Notes: generated by a model from the letters alone, not told the origin. Positions 10,868 through 21,467 are shown, counted from the stretch's first letter. The stretch: DNA of 64,000 bases from a virus (IMGVR_UViG_3300009157_000001:32001-96000); one strand, 5' to 3'. Translations and numbers: made by a program.

Positions 10868-11209
10868 TTAATCTTCCAGTTTTTGAGTTTTTAACATCCA
10901 TTTCTTGGGGGTTTTAAGGTTATCCACCCATTCCTTTGCACATGGGAGATATCCGTCACAGTCTTCACGGACATGTCTTTCTCCCACATAGCGAGTATAG
11001 ACGGTCTTCCCGTCTGAATTTACAAAAGAGGCCCCGAAGAGCCTCTCCATTTCAAATATACCTTCTGAGTGATGTCTGAACATCCTATGCACAGAATGTG
11101 ATATCCAACTTTTGGTTTCATCTAGCCAATTGTGCAGATGAATGTAATCTTGTTCCTTGCCTCCCCATTTCTTGACTGAGGATTTTGCATGCAATAAAGG
11201 ATGAGCCAC
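10868..11209 (-). CDS. DUF6915-like protein
   Basis: MAHPLLHAKSSVKKWGG...HRMFRHHSEG...HVREDC His-rich pattern. Confidence 0.7.
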   Translation of the reverse strand: MAHPLLHAKSSVKKWGGKEQDYIHLHNWLDETKSWISHSVHRMFRHHSEGIFEMERLFGASFVNSDGKTVYTRYVGERHVREDCDGYLPCAKEWVDNLKTPKKWMLKTQKLED

Positions 11210-11583
11210 TATCTCTCTCCTCCTTTCAGCATTCCTTCATGATTATAAGTTTCATACTGCTCTATCCTGATATTATTCTCAACAGTATACTCTCCGGAAG
11301 GAACTTGTATTTTAACAGTACCCCTTCCTCCTTCATTATTGATCCAATCTTCAATAATATCAGTATTAAGAATATGATCATAACAGTAGTCATGTACAAA
11401 GTCTACTATACTCTCAGAGATTTCTTGGATGAGATCCTCTCCCTCTTTATTCTCAAAGAATGTTTCATCTATCTGTCCACTGTCCCCTTCTCCAGAATAT
11501 TCTACTTTTATTTGTTTCACTCCAAGATCCTCAAGTTTGAACATAAGACCTTCCCAGTCTAAATTCTCATCTCTACCCCTCAT
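11209..11583 (-). CDS. DUF6878-like protein
   Basis: VEYSGEGDSGQI and WINNEGGRG motifs. Confidence 0.65.
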   Translation of the reverse strand: MRGRDENLDWEGLMFKLEDLGVKQIKVEYSGEGDSGQIDETFFENKEGEDLIQEISESIVDFVHDYCYDHILNTDIIEDWINNEGGRGTVKIQVPSGEYTVENNIRIEQYETYNHEGMLKGGER

Positions 11584-12092
11584 GAAAACTTTCTTCTTGC
11601 ATATTCGGACATAAGAAGAGCATCAACAATACCTTCATGGGCATTCTTGGATTTCTCGGACCCTCTCAGGTCCAGATCTGGAAAAAGTCTCTTTGCTGAA
11701 AGAAGTGCCATTGCTTTAGTGTCTTTAATCATAGTCTTTTTGCTTTTACTTGGTTTACTTATTTCTTGAACACCTTGGAATAGTTCCTTTTGCCAATCTT
11801 TAGCATTTACTTTAGTATAAGGAAGTCCACAGGCAATTACAGCCATCTCAGTTGCCCCGGCCACATGACCAAAGGTAAAAGTAGCCCCTGCAGCACTCCC
11901 AAAAATAGCTCTTAGATTCTCAAATACTACATGACATGGTTTATCTTTGAACTCTGACAAAATCTTGTACAGAGCATGATAATCCACCTCATTGTTTATT
12001 AGGGGTATGGTTACAAGAACAGTACTAAGTGGAGATTGTATTGCAATACCACCTTTTTTTCCTATATCTACACCTATGAAGGTCTTATCCAT
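11580..12092 (-). CDS. RuvC-like Holliday junction resolvase
   Basis: IGVDIGKKGGIA, VVFE, FTFG, W(Q)K, DALL. Confidence 0.8.
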   Translation of the reverse strand: MDKTFIGVDIGKKGGIAIQSPLSTVLVTIPLINNEVDYHALYKILSEFKDKPCHVVFENLRAIFGSAAGATFTFGHVAGATEMAVIACGLPYTKVNAKDWQKELFQGVQEISKPSKSKKTMIKDTKAMALLSAKRLFPDLDLRGSEKSKNAHEGIVDALLMSEYARRKFS

Positions 12093-13068
12093 ACATATCA
12101 AAATTTAAGGATTCTTTGAATACCCCGGCAAGTCTTCTTCTGACTTTGGTTATGCCATGGGTCTTTACTGCATCTGCTATGTCCTTCTCCATACTAAGTT
12201 GGATATAAGGAAGAGCATAAATTTCCTTGTACTTCTTCATTGCAAGAAGTCCGGATTTATCATTGTCCAGAAGAGTGCACACTATAGGATAGACCTCTTT
12301 GTAATACTCAATCTTTTCCTGAGGTATTAGGGTATTCTCACTATCCGGAGCTACTACTTCTAGGTTCCAACCGGTCTTGAGCAGACAAAGAGCATCCTTA
12401 AGTGAAGCACAAATTACCAGGATTGGTGAGGTAAAGGTCAGTTGATCACTTCCCTGGATATAACTCTTTACTTTGAGAAACTTCTTTTGTAAGATGGTAG
12501 GTTGATATATCTTATACAAGGTTCCTTCCTTATCAAAATACCCATAGATATAATGTCTGCAGATATTTATCTCTTCCCCGGTCCCATCTCTTCTCATAAG
12601 ATATGATTCCAGGGGTACAACATTATATTTCTCAAGAATAGTAGATGTTATACCATACTTAGTCCAGTATCTTTTGTCCAAGACATTCCAACCTCTTTTC
12701 TTAAAGTCTATAACCCGGTATCTTCCCTGGAGCCTCATCTCAGGAAACCGATATTCCCCATCCTGGATGAACCTTTCATAGTCCTCAATTATCCGGGTAG
12801 TAGCTTCGTCCTTAGACCTTAAGTCAAATAGGAGTCTTACCAGTTCCACTGCTGTTCCCTTGTGACCCGTAGAGAAGTCATTAAACATATACCTTCCTAC
12901 TTTTCCATTCCAGTATATACAGAATGAAGGATTGCTTTCCCCGGGATTAAACAAAGACTTCATCTTTATATCCTGTCCAGAGAGCTTCTCAGAAAGACTG
13001 CAGTACCTTTCAAATATCCACTCTGTGGGAACTTCGTGGAGACCCGTTACAATTTTAGTACTTATCAT
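12085..13068 (-). CDS. DNA primase (TOPRIM)
   Basis: SLFNPGESNPSF...FNDFSTG N-terminus; TOPRIM SLKD and LDNDKSG, KDIAD. Confidence 0.85.
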   Translation of the reverse strand: MISTKIVTGLHEVPTEWIFERYCSLSEKLSGQDIKMKSLFNPGESNPSFCIYWNGKVGRYMFNDFSTGHKGTAVELVRLLFDLRSKDEATTRIIEDYERFIQDGEYRFPEMRLQGRYRVIDFKKRGWNVLDKRYWTKYGITSTILEKYNVVPLESYLMRRDGTGEEINICRHYIYGYFDKEGTLYKIYQPTILQKKFLKVKSYIQGSDQLTFTSPILVICASLKDALCLLKTGWNLEVVAPDSENTLIPQEKIEYYKEVYPIVCTLLDNDKSGLLAMKKYKEIYALPYIQLSMEKDIADAVKTHGITKVRRRLAGVFKESLNFDMYG

Positions 13069-13080
13069 ATAGAGGAAAGT

Positions 13081-13106
13081 AAAATAGGGGGATTTCTCCC
13101 CCTATT
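13081..13106 (-). terminator. Intrinsic terminator
   Basis: AATAGGGGGA-GAAA-TCCCCCTATT hairpin followed by T residues, directly after the 13110 stop. Confidence 0.75.
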
Positions 13107-13109
13107 GAT

Positions 13110-13808
13110 TTAATCAAGATTGAAATCCGAGTCTACAGATGAAGAAGACTTGAGTCCTTCTTCTTCTTTATCATCAAAAGATGATACACTTTCTACTTTC
13201 TTTTTTCTTTTATGAGCAGTCTCATCAAATTTCATGAGTTTACTCACTTTGGGATCAGTATCTGCCAGTTCGAACATTACTTTGCCATCAGCAGATCTCG
13301 GCAAGAAAAGATCATAGTTTGTATAACCACTTTTACCTACATACTCTTTTCCTCCAAGACACCAATTCAGAGACTTCCCTTTGAATGGTTTTGCTTTGGC
13401 AAATGCTGCAACAAACCTTTCTATGGTCTCGTGCTTGTTATCCTGGGCATCAAACCACTTCATGGCTCCGGTTGCCTGACAAAGATCTCTGAGGAACTTA
13501 AGGATCTCCTTGTCCCTAAACATTTTTCTACCGCCTTTGGTTACCCTGTCTTCGTATGCATACTCATTGCTTCTCACTTTTCCTACCTGTCCTTTGTACC
13601 TTCCTAATTCTGGTTTGTCTTTGTCTATGAAAAACCCTTCAAATCCTTCTATTGGAGCAGTCTCCAGAAATAGAATCAAATGATAGGCTCCTTCTTTAAA
13701 CTGATATTTTTCCAGTTCTACTTCCTTGATTTCACAAGTGTTATTTCCTGGCTTAATTGATTTTGGTATTCCCCCACCTTCCTGTGGGAGGTCTTTAGTA
13801 CTTAGCAT
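13110..13808 (-). CDS. Putative single-stranded DNA-binding protein
   Basis: Acidic tail ending DSDFNLD; lies between primase and the AAA_24 ATPase. Confidence 0.55.
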   Translation of the reverse strand: MLSTKDLPQEGGGIPKSIKPGNNTCEIKEVELEKYQFKEGAYHLILFLETAPIEGFEGFFIDKDKPELGRYKGQVGKVRSNEYAYEDRVTKGGRKMFRDKEILKFLRDLCQATGAMKWFDAQDNKHETIERFVAAFAKAKPFKGKSLNWCLGGKEYVGKSGYTNYDLFLPRSADGKVMFELADTDPKVSKLMKFDETAHKRKKKVESVSSFDDKEEEGLKSSSSVDSDFNLD

Positions 13809-13832
13809 AAACTTCTAGTGGTTACAGGTTTA

Positions 13833-14612
13833 TTAATCAATGAAAATTTTATCCCAATAAGTAGTCAGTTTGTTATCTTTCTTCTCGGATATCAGAATTA
13901 CATTATTACTCAGATGAGGGGCTCTTGCACCACAAGAGACTTCATCCGAGGTTTTAAAACTAATAAAGTTCTGATCTTTTACTCTGTATAGATACCCCAC
14001 AGCATCTGAGTATGAGGTTGTAATCCTCTTCAGTTTACCTGTTAGATCTAAGTCCAGGGAGGTAAACTCACTGGTAGCTTTGTCTAGTTGGATGTCTTTG
14101 ACATGTCCCATCAGAATAATACGAGGGGCCCAGGTCTTTATATAATCTAAGGTCTTGGTAAAAGCCTCCCTTTGCCACATCCAACCTGCCCCATTCGGCA
14201 TATTGATGATACTTCCATACTTTGCTTTACCACTATCCGGAGCATACTTATCCGGATCATTGGGATCTTTCTTAAACCAGTTCATCCCCATAGGGGTCTT
14301 TGAGTAGATATCTTCTGCATAAGGAGTAACAATTTCCTCCAGAGCAGTAATTGTATCTACAACTATATAATCATAAGGCTTTGAGGCCTCCCTAATCTTC
14401 TTACCTATAATCTTAATATCTGCTACTGATCTTGCCTTAAGTTTTATAGCACTTACAAAATCTGAACCTTCTTCAAGATCCAGTAGAAGTGCATTATCCA
14501 GTGCAGCCGCAAGTTCTGTCTTACCAGTCTTGGGCTTTGAAAAGATAATTAAATTCCTTGGACTGGTTGAACCAGCCGGTACTTTCTTTGTTGGAAGAAT
14601 TAACTCACTCAT
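13833..14612 (-). CDS. AAA_24 (Sak4-like) ATPase
   Basis: SKPKTGKT, LLDLEEG, VVDTIT, LMGH. Confidence 0.8.
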   Translation of the reverse strand: MSELILPTKKVPAGSTSPRNLIIFSKPKTGKTELAAALDNALLLDLEEGSDFVSAIKLKARSVADIKIIGKKIREASKPYDYIVVDTITALEEIVTPYAEDIYSKTPMGMNWFKKDPNDPDKYAPDSGKAKYGSIINMPNGAGWMWQREAFTKTLDYIKTWAPRIILMGHVKDIQLDKATSEFTSLDLDLTGKLKRITTSYSDAVGYLYRVKDQNFISFKTSDEVSCGARAPHLSNNVILISEKKDNKLTTYWDKIFID

Positions 14613-15127
14613 TTTACCAGATTATTCAACCATTCCTTTAAAGAAATAGGTTTCCTTGTGAGAATTGCTGCCAGGTCCCTTATAGTCATCTGACTTATTG
14701 GAGCATCCAGATTTGGATCCAGGATCTCAAAATTATCAGGATTGGGTACAACAGAACCTCTATCAATTTTGATAAGTTCTGCTATAGGTACCAGATATCT
14801 GGTGTATCCTTTCTTCTCATCCTTAACCTTTTCAAATTCTTCTTCCCAGTGAGGATTATGCTTAAGCTTGTACAAGATCCTGGCAGGATCTTCTGAGTTG
14901 TAATCCTTATCTATAAACTCAGTATAGATATCTTCATTTTTTCTTAACTCACTCTCAAATAAACCTATATGGTGCTCAGCCCCGGATCTGGGTCTGTAGC
15001 TCATTTTAGGTATATATAAAGCCTCTGGCATTCCCAGTGCCTCAAACAAAGGTTGTTGATGTTCCCTAAGCTTAGCAATCTTGACCTTTCTTTCTTCAGG
15101 TCTGTTTGTTGTTTGGATCATTGTCAT
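14609..15127 (-). CDS. Conserved phage hypothetical protein
   Basis: 172 aa; C-terminal MTIRDLAAIL...WLN. Confidence 0.65.
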   Translation of the reverse strand: MTMIQTTNRPEERKVKIAKLREHQQPLFEALGMPEALYIPKMSYRPRSGAEHHIGLFESELRKNEDIYTEFIDKDYNSEDPARILYKLKHNPHWEEEFEKVKDEKKGYTRYLVPIAELIKIDRGSVVPNPDNFEILDPNLDAPISQMTIRDLAAILTRKPISLKEWLNNLVK

Positions 15128-16128
15128 GTTCTCATTCTTGTTTGTTTGGGTGGTGTCTTCATTTCTATGATTCTCATCCTGTCAAATTCTGCTTTGAAAA
15201 AACTCATTCTATTATCTCCATTCCGGCACTTTAAGAAGTGCATAACCAAAGTTTTATCATCTTCAATGATATACCGGTCCGGTCCATAAAATCTTATTTT
15301 CTGTTTACCCGGTCTGTTAAGACCCACTACCATATCTGCATGTTGTAGTAAAGCATCTGCCCCAAAAATATCACTCTCCAGGACATAATTGCCATACTTC
15401 CCATCTTCATTTCTGTCAGGACTATCTATCCCACGATTAAGTTGACTTAGTATTACAAAAGCTATTGGGTATTTCCTTTTAAGGTCAGTTACTACTTCTC
15501 CAAGTTCATAGAGCATATCTTGTTTGTCCTTCTGACCAACGGCCTTTTTTAGAAGTAAAGAGTGATCTATTGCAATAAGGGTTTTCAAATAAACAGTAGC
15601 ATCTCCAGATAGTACAGCATGATCTTTCATATACAACTTTATAATGTCATAGAATTCTCTCACAGTAGGAGGGGACTCAACAACATCAACAGGATAATCT
15701 GATCTTTTTTTAGCATACTTTAAGCACAACTCAAGATCCTCCCGGGTAAGAGGAGAATCTTCTGCACTACAGAGATATTTATAGGACTTTCCTAGACTAC
15801 TTGCATATTCCCTAATTGCAGAAGTTCTTGCCAACATCTCCATTTGAAATTCCAAGACCCTAAAATTCTCTCCTGGATTCAATTCAAAAGATTCTCTTAC
15901 TATTTGATTTAAGATAAGACTCTTACCTGAACCCGGTCTACCTGCAATTACAGTAGTGGAATTCCATTCTATACCCGCAGTACCTGCATCATTGAATTTG
16001 CTCCAGGGAGTTGATAGGCTTTTTATCTCTCCTTTCATTCTCCCTTGCATATATCTTAGAGAAGCAGTGAATCCTTCCTTCTGATCTTTCCAAGGTCTGT
16101 CTTTGGGTTTTTCTATAGGTTTTATCAT
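15124..16128 (-). CDS. DnaB-like replicative helicase (SF4)
   Basis: AGRPGSGKS, FQMEM, IDH, LSQLNR, ADMVVGLNR, KCRNG; probable start MIKPIEK at 16128. Confidence 0.9.
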   Translation of the reverse strand: MIKPIEKPKDRPWKDQKEGFTASLRYMQGRMKGEIKSLSTPWSKFNDAGTAGIEWNSTTVIAGRPGSGKSLILNQIVRESFELNPGENFRVLEFQMEMLARTSAIREYASSLGKSYKYLCSAEDSPLTREDLELCLKYAKKRSDYPVDVVESPPTVREFYDIIKLYMKDHAVLSGDATVYLKTLIAIDHSLLLKKAVGQKDKQDMLYELGEVVTDLKRKYPIAFVILSQLNRGIDSPDRNEDGKYGNYVLESDIFGADALLQHADMVVGLNRPGKQKIRFYGPDRYIIEDDKTLVMHFLKCRNGDNRMSFFKAEFDRMRIIEMKTPPKQTRMRT

Positions 16129-16316
16129 ATACTGAACCAACCCAGAAATCTTACCTTTTTCTGGGTGACCAAGGTATAAAATAAATGTGAAATTACCAAT
16201 ACAAACTCCACAATTATATAGTGAAGAAAGTCTATAGGAATCACCAGAATGTTCACAACTTGCCAGCATATAACTGACAAAATTGCAGCTAGAATTATTT
16301 TATTGATTGTCTTCAT
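16125..16316 (-). CDS. Small membrane protein
   Basis: Two hydrophobic segments; probable start MKTINK. Confidence 0.55.
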   Translation of the reverse strand: MKTINKIILAAILSVICWQVVNILVIPIDFLHYIIVEFVLVISHLFYTLVTQKKVRFLGWFSI

Positions 16317-16317
16317 A

Positions 16318-16929
16318 TTACACAACATTTTCTGGGAACTTGAATGAGTCATCACTCTTATTCCCTGATTTAACAATAGCACAGTAATTAGCCAATTCAC
16401 TCTCCCAGGACTTATCTGAAAGTTGTTTCCTTAAGAAATATTGACTATTTCTACAGTACATCCAGTTTTTGTCCTCATACTCAAAGACATATCTTTCAGT
16501 AGCTTTTAATACTGTTTCCCAGTCATACTTATAATTCCTGAAGAACCATACAAAAGCTCCTTTGAGATTGCCTGCATTAACCCGGGCCCTTTTACCACTG
16601 GGAAGTTTTATGTCAGGCCAGATATTCAGGTACTTTTCTACCTGAAGAGCAACAAGAGCAGCATCTGCACAAGGATCAATCATAGAAGGATCTTTGTCCA
16701 AAAAACTCTCAATCTCTGAAATAGCTTGTAAGCCCTTCTCAGAAATCTTTCCTTCGGAATCCAAGAACTCTGTTAGTATTAACCCTCTTACTTCCTGGTG
16801 TATGTTTACTCCGGGAAGAGCTGTATTCTTCTGTATATTAAGAAGTACATAAACCCTATTAGGGGTCAGACCCTGTTCAGACATCATCTGAAACAAATTC
16901 CAAAGACTGTAAGATTCAAGTTTTTTCAT
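16318..16929 (-). CDS. Replication-associated protein (initiator or helicase-loader-like)
   Basis: Upstream of DnaB; WP...SGK...W...ATERYV...YF pattern. Confidence 0.45.
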   Translation of the reverse strand: MKKLESYSLWNLFQMMSEQGLTPNRVYVLLNIQKNTALPGVNIHQEVRGLILTEFLDSEGKISEKGLQAISEIESFLDKDPSMIDPCADAALVALQVEKYLNIWPDIKLPSGKRARVNAGNLKGAFVWFFRNYKYDWETVLKATERYVFEYEDKNWMYCRNSQYFLRKQLSDKSWESELANYCAIVKSGNKSDDSFKFPENVV

Positions 16930-17359
16930 TTATCTCAGATAATCTAAAGTTAAGTTTCTCAGTTATTATTTGAACAATCCTAGTAACATTAGGGTCTTTT
17001 ATTTCCAACTGCTGAGTGATTCCTTTAATTGCTAAACTTATTGTAGAATGAGACCAAGTATTGTCCAGGTACCTCCTCATATGATTTTGACTATATCCAT
17101 AATTTTTACCAAAATAGAAGAAGATGTGTCTATAAAGAACGACACACTGATCCCTTACATGTTCTCTTATCCCTGGAGGTTTATATGAAGGATTACAAGA
17201 ATTTATAATATTCTCTATATCCTCAAGAGGGGGGACCCTTTTAGGTCTACCTATAGTCTCTAAATAATACACCTCCGGATAGTATCCAAATTTGCCTTTA
17301 AATTCTTCTTTGAATTTATCAGCAAATTGTCTCATTTGCTGTGATATCTCATCTTGCAT
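16916..17359 (-). CDS. DnaA domain IV-like HTH protein
   Basis: R..VVLYRHIFFY...GYS...HSTISLAI resembles the DnaA C-terminal HTH; probable start MQDEIS. Confidence 0.6.
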   Translation of the reverse strand: MQDEISQQMRQFADKFKEEFKGKFGYYPEVYYLETIGRPKRVPPLEDIENIINSCNPSYKPPGIREHVRDQCVVLYRHIFFYFGKNYGYSQNHMRRYLDNTWSHSTISLAIKGITQQLEIKDPNVTRIVQIITEKLNFRLSEINEKT

Positions 17360-17399
17360 ATTAGTATTTTTTTTGTATCTTGCCTCAAAATTACTCATC

Positions 17400-17675
17400 A
17401 TGTGGAAGAAAACAGTGAACTTTACTGATAAATTCTTAGGGGCCATGGGGAACACCCCAGGATCTTTCTCTCTTAGAAAATGGTTATCTGTAGGTCTTTT
17501 CTGGCTTGTATCTTATGTGACCATTAAGAATACTAATGAACAGAATATTGAGATGGTACTTACCATTCTCACTCCTTGTATGGTAACCATGGCCGGTATT
17601 TATAGTTACTTCAATAATAAGGATAAAAAGCTAGATCTTGAAAAAAAAGAAGAACCAGCCCGTCCTCAACCATGA
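17400..17675 (+). CDS. Putative holin
   Basis: Two TM segments, SLRKWL motif and charged C-terminus; first gene of a plus-strand three-gene island. Confidence 0.55.
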   Translation: MWKKTVNFTDKFLGAMGNTPGSFSLRKWLSVGLFWLVSYVTIKNTNEQNIEMVLTILTPCMVTMAGIYSYFNNKDKKLDLEKKEEPARPQP

Positions 17676-17986
17676 ATAAATCAACATTTGCAATTATTCT
17701 ACTAATCCTTCTGGTAGGAACTGTGGCATATGATATCTTCCTGAGAAAGACTGATATTTCTGCACCAGAGCTCTTTAATGAGAAACCTTATCGGGACTCC
17801 ATTAATTCTCTGGCCAGGAATATCAAGACCCTACAAGTAAAAATTGATAGTTTGGGATCTGAGAATCAAACTCTTTCTGAGCAAAAGTCTAAAACCAAAA
17901 TCATATATGTCCAAAAGATCAAGTTTATATCTGGTGCTTCTGTTTTTCAGTGTGATTCCATTATCCGGAATCTGTCAGGTTTCTGA
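17672..17986 (+). CDS. Spanin-like membrane-anchored coiled-coil protein
   Basis: N-terminal TM segment followed by coiled coil. Confidence 0.45.
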   Translation: MNKSTFAIILLILLVGTVAYDIFLRKTDISAPELFNEKPYRDSINSLARNIKTLQVKIDSLGSENQTLSEQKSKTKIIYVQKIKFISGASVFQCDSIIRNLSGF

Positions 17987-18311
17987 TACTACCAAGTGTT
18001 ACGGACTTACTGAACTTAGAAAGATTGCCATTAAATTAACCAAGTGCCAGGAATCGGATACCCTACTTGTCATAACCACCAAACAGTTAGACAATAGAAA
18101 CCAGACTATTCTTCTGAACGAGAAACAGATACAGAGTCTGTACCTGATCTCAGATCAGAAGGACAAAATAATTGAGGGCAAGAACCAGGATATCTCTAAC
18201 CTGACCCTCACCCTCTCTGACACACAGAAATCATTGAAATTCACTAAGTTAAAATGGTTGGGTACCACACTAGTTCTATCAGTCGGACTTATCTACTTTA
18301 TTGTGAACTAG
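17907..18311 (+). CDS. Spanin-like protein (signal peptide, coiled coil, C-terminal TM)
   Basis: Overlaps the previous gene in another frame; MSKRSSLYLVLLFF start. Confidence 0.45.
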   Translation: MSKRSSLYLVLLFFSVIPLSGICQVSDTTKCYGLTELRKIAIKLTKCQESDTLLVITTKQLDNRNQTILLNEKQIQSLYLISDQKDKIIEGKNQDISNLTLTLSDTQKSLKFTKLKWLGTTLVLSVGLIYFIVN

Positions 18312-18651
18312 CCTTTGCTTTAAGAACTGTATTGTAGAACCAGGAAAATACTACATTCCACACTACCCCTAGCAAAATCAGATATACCAGTTTATCCAAC
18401 CAAGAATCTATCCAGGAAGGACTAAGGCATATAGCAATACATAGGAGAATGATCATAATACTCTTGAATAGGTGCCATGCATCAAATTTCCACCTTGTAA
18501 GTGGTGCATACTGAGCCTCTTTCCAACTTATGTCCGGGTTCCAGAACTTGGGGTTCTTGTCTTTAAAGATACTCACATAAAAATGATGGGCCAGGGTATC
18601 CATGACAGCATTACAGATAGCAGCCAGACAAACCAGGATTACAGAGATCAT
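18298..18651 (-). CDS. Membrane protein
   Basis: Three TM segments; DAWHLFKS motif. Confidence 0.65.
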   Translation of the reverse strand: MISVILVCLAAICNAVMDTLAHHFYVSIFKDKNPKFWNPDISWKEAQYAPLTRWKFDAWHLFKSIMIILLCIAICLSPSWIDSWLDKLVYLILLGVVWNVVFSWFYNTVLKAKASSQ

Positions 18652-18874
18652 ATTGACCCCTTTCTCCTGAGTCTTTTAAAAGTCACCCAGGTCCCTACAA
18701 AGTTGCCAACATTGATTCCTACAAGGAATAAAGCTACCCATGGAGTTTCCGGGACCAGTTCCCATACAAAGAACAGATCAAACAATACCACCAGGGTAAA
18801 GATGATCAGGAACCAACTGTGAACTACTGCAAAGCTCTTCCTCCACAGGAAGAACTGGAAAAAGGTCATCTTCT

Positions 18875-19264
18875 TCATATGAATAGTTTATAAATTATTA
18901 CTAAGAGGGACTGACAGAGAAACTGATCTATCCCTAAAATCATGAAAGAGTTGGTATGCTCCCGATTTCTCTCAAATTTGGCTATAAGCCGGGAAGAGAA
19001 GTATTTCACTATCCAGTGACTTAGATAAGTCAAGGGTAATACTGCTATAAATCTCATAAGGTTAAACTCCTCAGGTTTATGAGCTATAACCATCAAAGCT
19101 ACAAAAAGCCAGCCCATAGATAGCATAAGACTATACATACCAGAATGAATGCTTAACCAAAGTATCCCCCGGCTCTTCTTAGCAGCCATCTCTGGGGTCT
19201 GACATATGTAGTCTCCCACAAAATGAGCTGCCAGTAGTACTATTATTGGTATAGTCTCCATCAT
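18875..19264 (-). CDS. DUF3307 family membrane protein
   Basis: HFVGDYICQT...H...HW...DQ. Confidence 0.75.
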   Translation of the reverse strand: MMETIPIIVLLAAHFVGDYICQTPEMAAKKSRGILWLSIHSGMYSLMLSMGWLFVALMVIAHKPEEFNLMRFIAVLPLTYLSHWIVKYFSSRLIAKFERNREHTNSFMILGIDQFLCQSLLVIIYKLFI

Positions 19265-19779
19265 CTTATACTTTATTTAGTTTAGACATCTTACGACAGT
19301 GCTTGCAATACATCCTGGCATAGATCCAGAACTCTTTTTCTATCTCTTCCTTAGTCCATTCATGATCTGCAGGTCTTGGACTAAACTCACAAGGAAGTCC
19401 TTCCTGAACCTTACTGGTCCAGTGATGGTATCCGAAGATATAACAATTAATCCAGTTTAGCAATTTCTTTCCCATAGTTCTTAGTTTTATTGTTCTCCAA
19501 ACCCCATTCTCAGGACATTAGCTCTACTTTTTATCCTGGAAATGCACTGATCAATGGCACCTTCCAGTATCTCTCTAAGTTCTGTCTGAAACTCTCGGTC
19601 CATATAGATAGGGCATGTGTCTGCAAATTCATCAATCCTAACCATAGTAGAACTTCCCTGCTTCAGTTCAAAAGGATATGCTCTGAAATTTATCTGATTA
19701 AGCTTATCTTTGAGATCATTGAGAGCTCTTGAATCTCTAACCAGATTATTTATCTTATTTAGTCTTTCTTCTGTCATGA

Positions 19780-20493
19780 TTACCAGGTTATTCCAGTTCC
19801 ATTTTGACCAATTAGTATATTGTTCACTTTTTGAAATACATCCCCAGAATCCCACTTCTCCTGTCTATTATGAGCAGCAGCTGCGGGATGCACTGTAAAG
19901 ATCTTGTGGTTCACATCCGGAATGGATTCAGACCACTCCTGAGCCTTCTTACCCATAAATATATATACCAGACCGGTATTAGTAAAACAGAGGACATCAA
20001 AGAGATATGCCATAAAAGGCTGCCAGATATTATAATGCTGACCTATCTTACCTACCGTGGTAGTCAGGGCACAGTTTAGCATCAGTACTCCTTGATTAGA
20101 CCATCTTTTAAGATCCAGTTGGTCCTTGTAAGGATAAGGATCCCCTTTATATACAGTTCTCTCTATCTCCTCAAACATGAATCTTAAGGAAGGTTGAGCT
20201 TTCTCCATCAAACTGCATGAAGTAGCTATCCCATCAGCACAATTGACGAAAGGATAAGGATCCTGAAGTAACATAATAACTCTCAGGTCCGAGTACTTAC
20301 ACTCCTCAAAAGCCCTAAAGACAAGTTTAAGAGGAGGAGTAAATCTTCTTCCTTCCCGAGACTCCTTTGCTAGGTATTCCAAGAGCTTATCCATATCTTC
20401 TGATAATAGAAATGCCTTGAGCTTGTCGGCCCAACCGGAAGGCCGGAGTCTTTCATACAACTTGGACTTTATATCCTGAATATTTACACTCAT
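19780..20493 (-). CDS. ung: Uracil-DNA glycosylase (family 1)
   Basis: QDPY, QPSLR, WSNQGVLMLN, HP motifs. Confidence 0.9.
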   Translation of the reverse strand: MSVNIQDIKSKLYERLRPSGWADKLKAFLLSEDMDKLLEYLAKESREGRRFTPPLKLVFRAFEECKYSDLRVIMLLQDPYPFVNCADGIATSCSLMEKAQPSLRFMFEEIERTVYKGDPYPYKDQLDLKRWSNQGVLMLNCALTTTVGKIGQHYNIWQPFMAYLFDVLCFTNTGLVYIFMGKKAQEWSESIPDVNHKIFTVHPAAAAHNRQEKWDSGDVFQKVNNILIGQNGTGITW

Positions 20494-20782
20494 GGTATCT
20501 GATGAGTTGTATGAAACCTTACCCGGGGGAGATAACCTATCTCTGCCAGGCTTCCTTTTTTAACCTTCTTTTTGGGGATTCTCTTAGTCTTGATCTCGAT
20601 AATACACTCTTCTCTAATTTCCAGATCCTTAATAGTCTTCTCCAGAAAGTTAAGAACCTCATTTAAGACTCGATACTCCTTTTTTTCATAGAGAGTATGA
20701 AGATTTGATCTTTGTACCCTGAGGTTGTCATACCAGTTCTCTAAATCTTTAAGATTTACTTTCATATTACACTTTTTAAGTT

Positions 20783-20790
20783 TAAATTTG
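20783..20790 (+). promoter_or_regulatory. Bacteroidota -7 box TAAATTTG
   Basis: Immediately upstream of the isolated plus-strand gene 20795-21088. Confidence 0.55.
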
Positions 20791-20794
20791 CTCC

Positions 20795-21088
20795 ATGATA
20801 AAGACCAGAGCAATAGAACCAGATTCACTCATTGACATCAAAGTCAGTGGGTACTTCTATGGAAGACTCCAAGTCTTATTAATATGGCTTGCTAGTCACT
20901 ATGAAGAAAAAGACTTCATAAAGCATATGCAAATCATAAAAGACAAGGAGGTCGATTTAAAGACCCATCCCGAGGCTTATAACCTGGAGACAGTACTGTC
21001 TATCATAAATGAGCTAGAAGTCTCTGCTAAAGACCAGGATAAAGTCAAAGAGGTAGAAATTCCAGAGGAAGGAGCTAGTCCTACCTAA
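20795..21088 (+). CDS. Hypothetical protein
   Basis: Isolated plus-strand ORF with its own promoter box. Confidence 0.65.
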   Translation: MIKTRAIEPDSLIDIKVSGYFYGRLQVLLIWLASHYEEKDFIKHMQIIKDKEVDLKTHPEAYNLETVLSIINELEVSAKDQDKVKEVEIPEEGASPT

Positions 21089-21467
21089 GGTTTATATTGA
21101 CCAGATCTCCTGCTTCTATACAGGCCTGGATAAATAGACCAAGTTCTTCTACACTGCACTTGCTTAGGGATTTGCATATTATATACATCTCTCCTTCAAG
21201 TTCTTTCTTGACACAGAGTCCAGCTTTCTTCTTAATTTCGAGTTTAAGATCTTCAAAACTGTACCCCATCTCTGGGGCTAGTAGTCTTACACACTTATGG
21301 GCCTTGGCCAGTTGAGCCAAGGTCTTATTCTCAGTATTAGCATCAAAGAAGGCATCTACTACCTGACCTTCTTCTAATAAGTTGACAAAGTCTGTATACC
21401 TGATATCCCCACCACTCATAGCATTGGTGAGTTTACCATTCTCCTTCTTCAGGAGTATATGAAGCAT
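21081..21467 (-). CDS. NinB/Orf-like protein
   Basis: TLAQ...LAPEMGYSFEDLK...KSLSKCSVEEL..FI pattern. Confidence 0.5.
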   Translation of the reverse strand: MLHILLKKENGKLTNAMSGGDIRYTDFVNLLEEGQVVDAFFDANTENKTLAQLAKAHKCVRLLAPEMGYSFEDLKLEIKKKAGLCVKKELEGEMYIICKSLSKCSVEELGLFIQACIEAGDLVNINLR

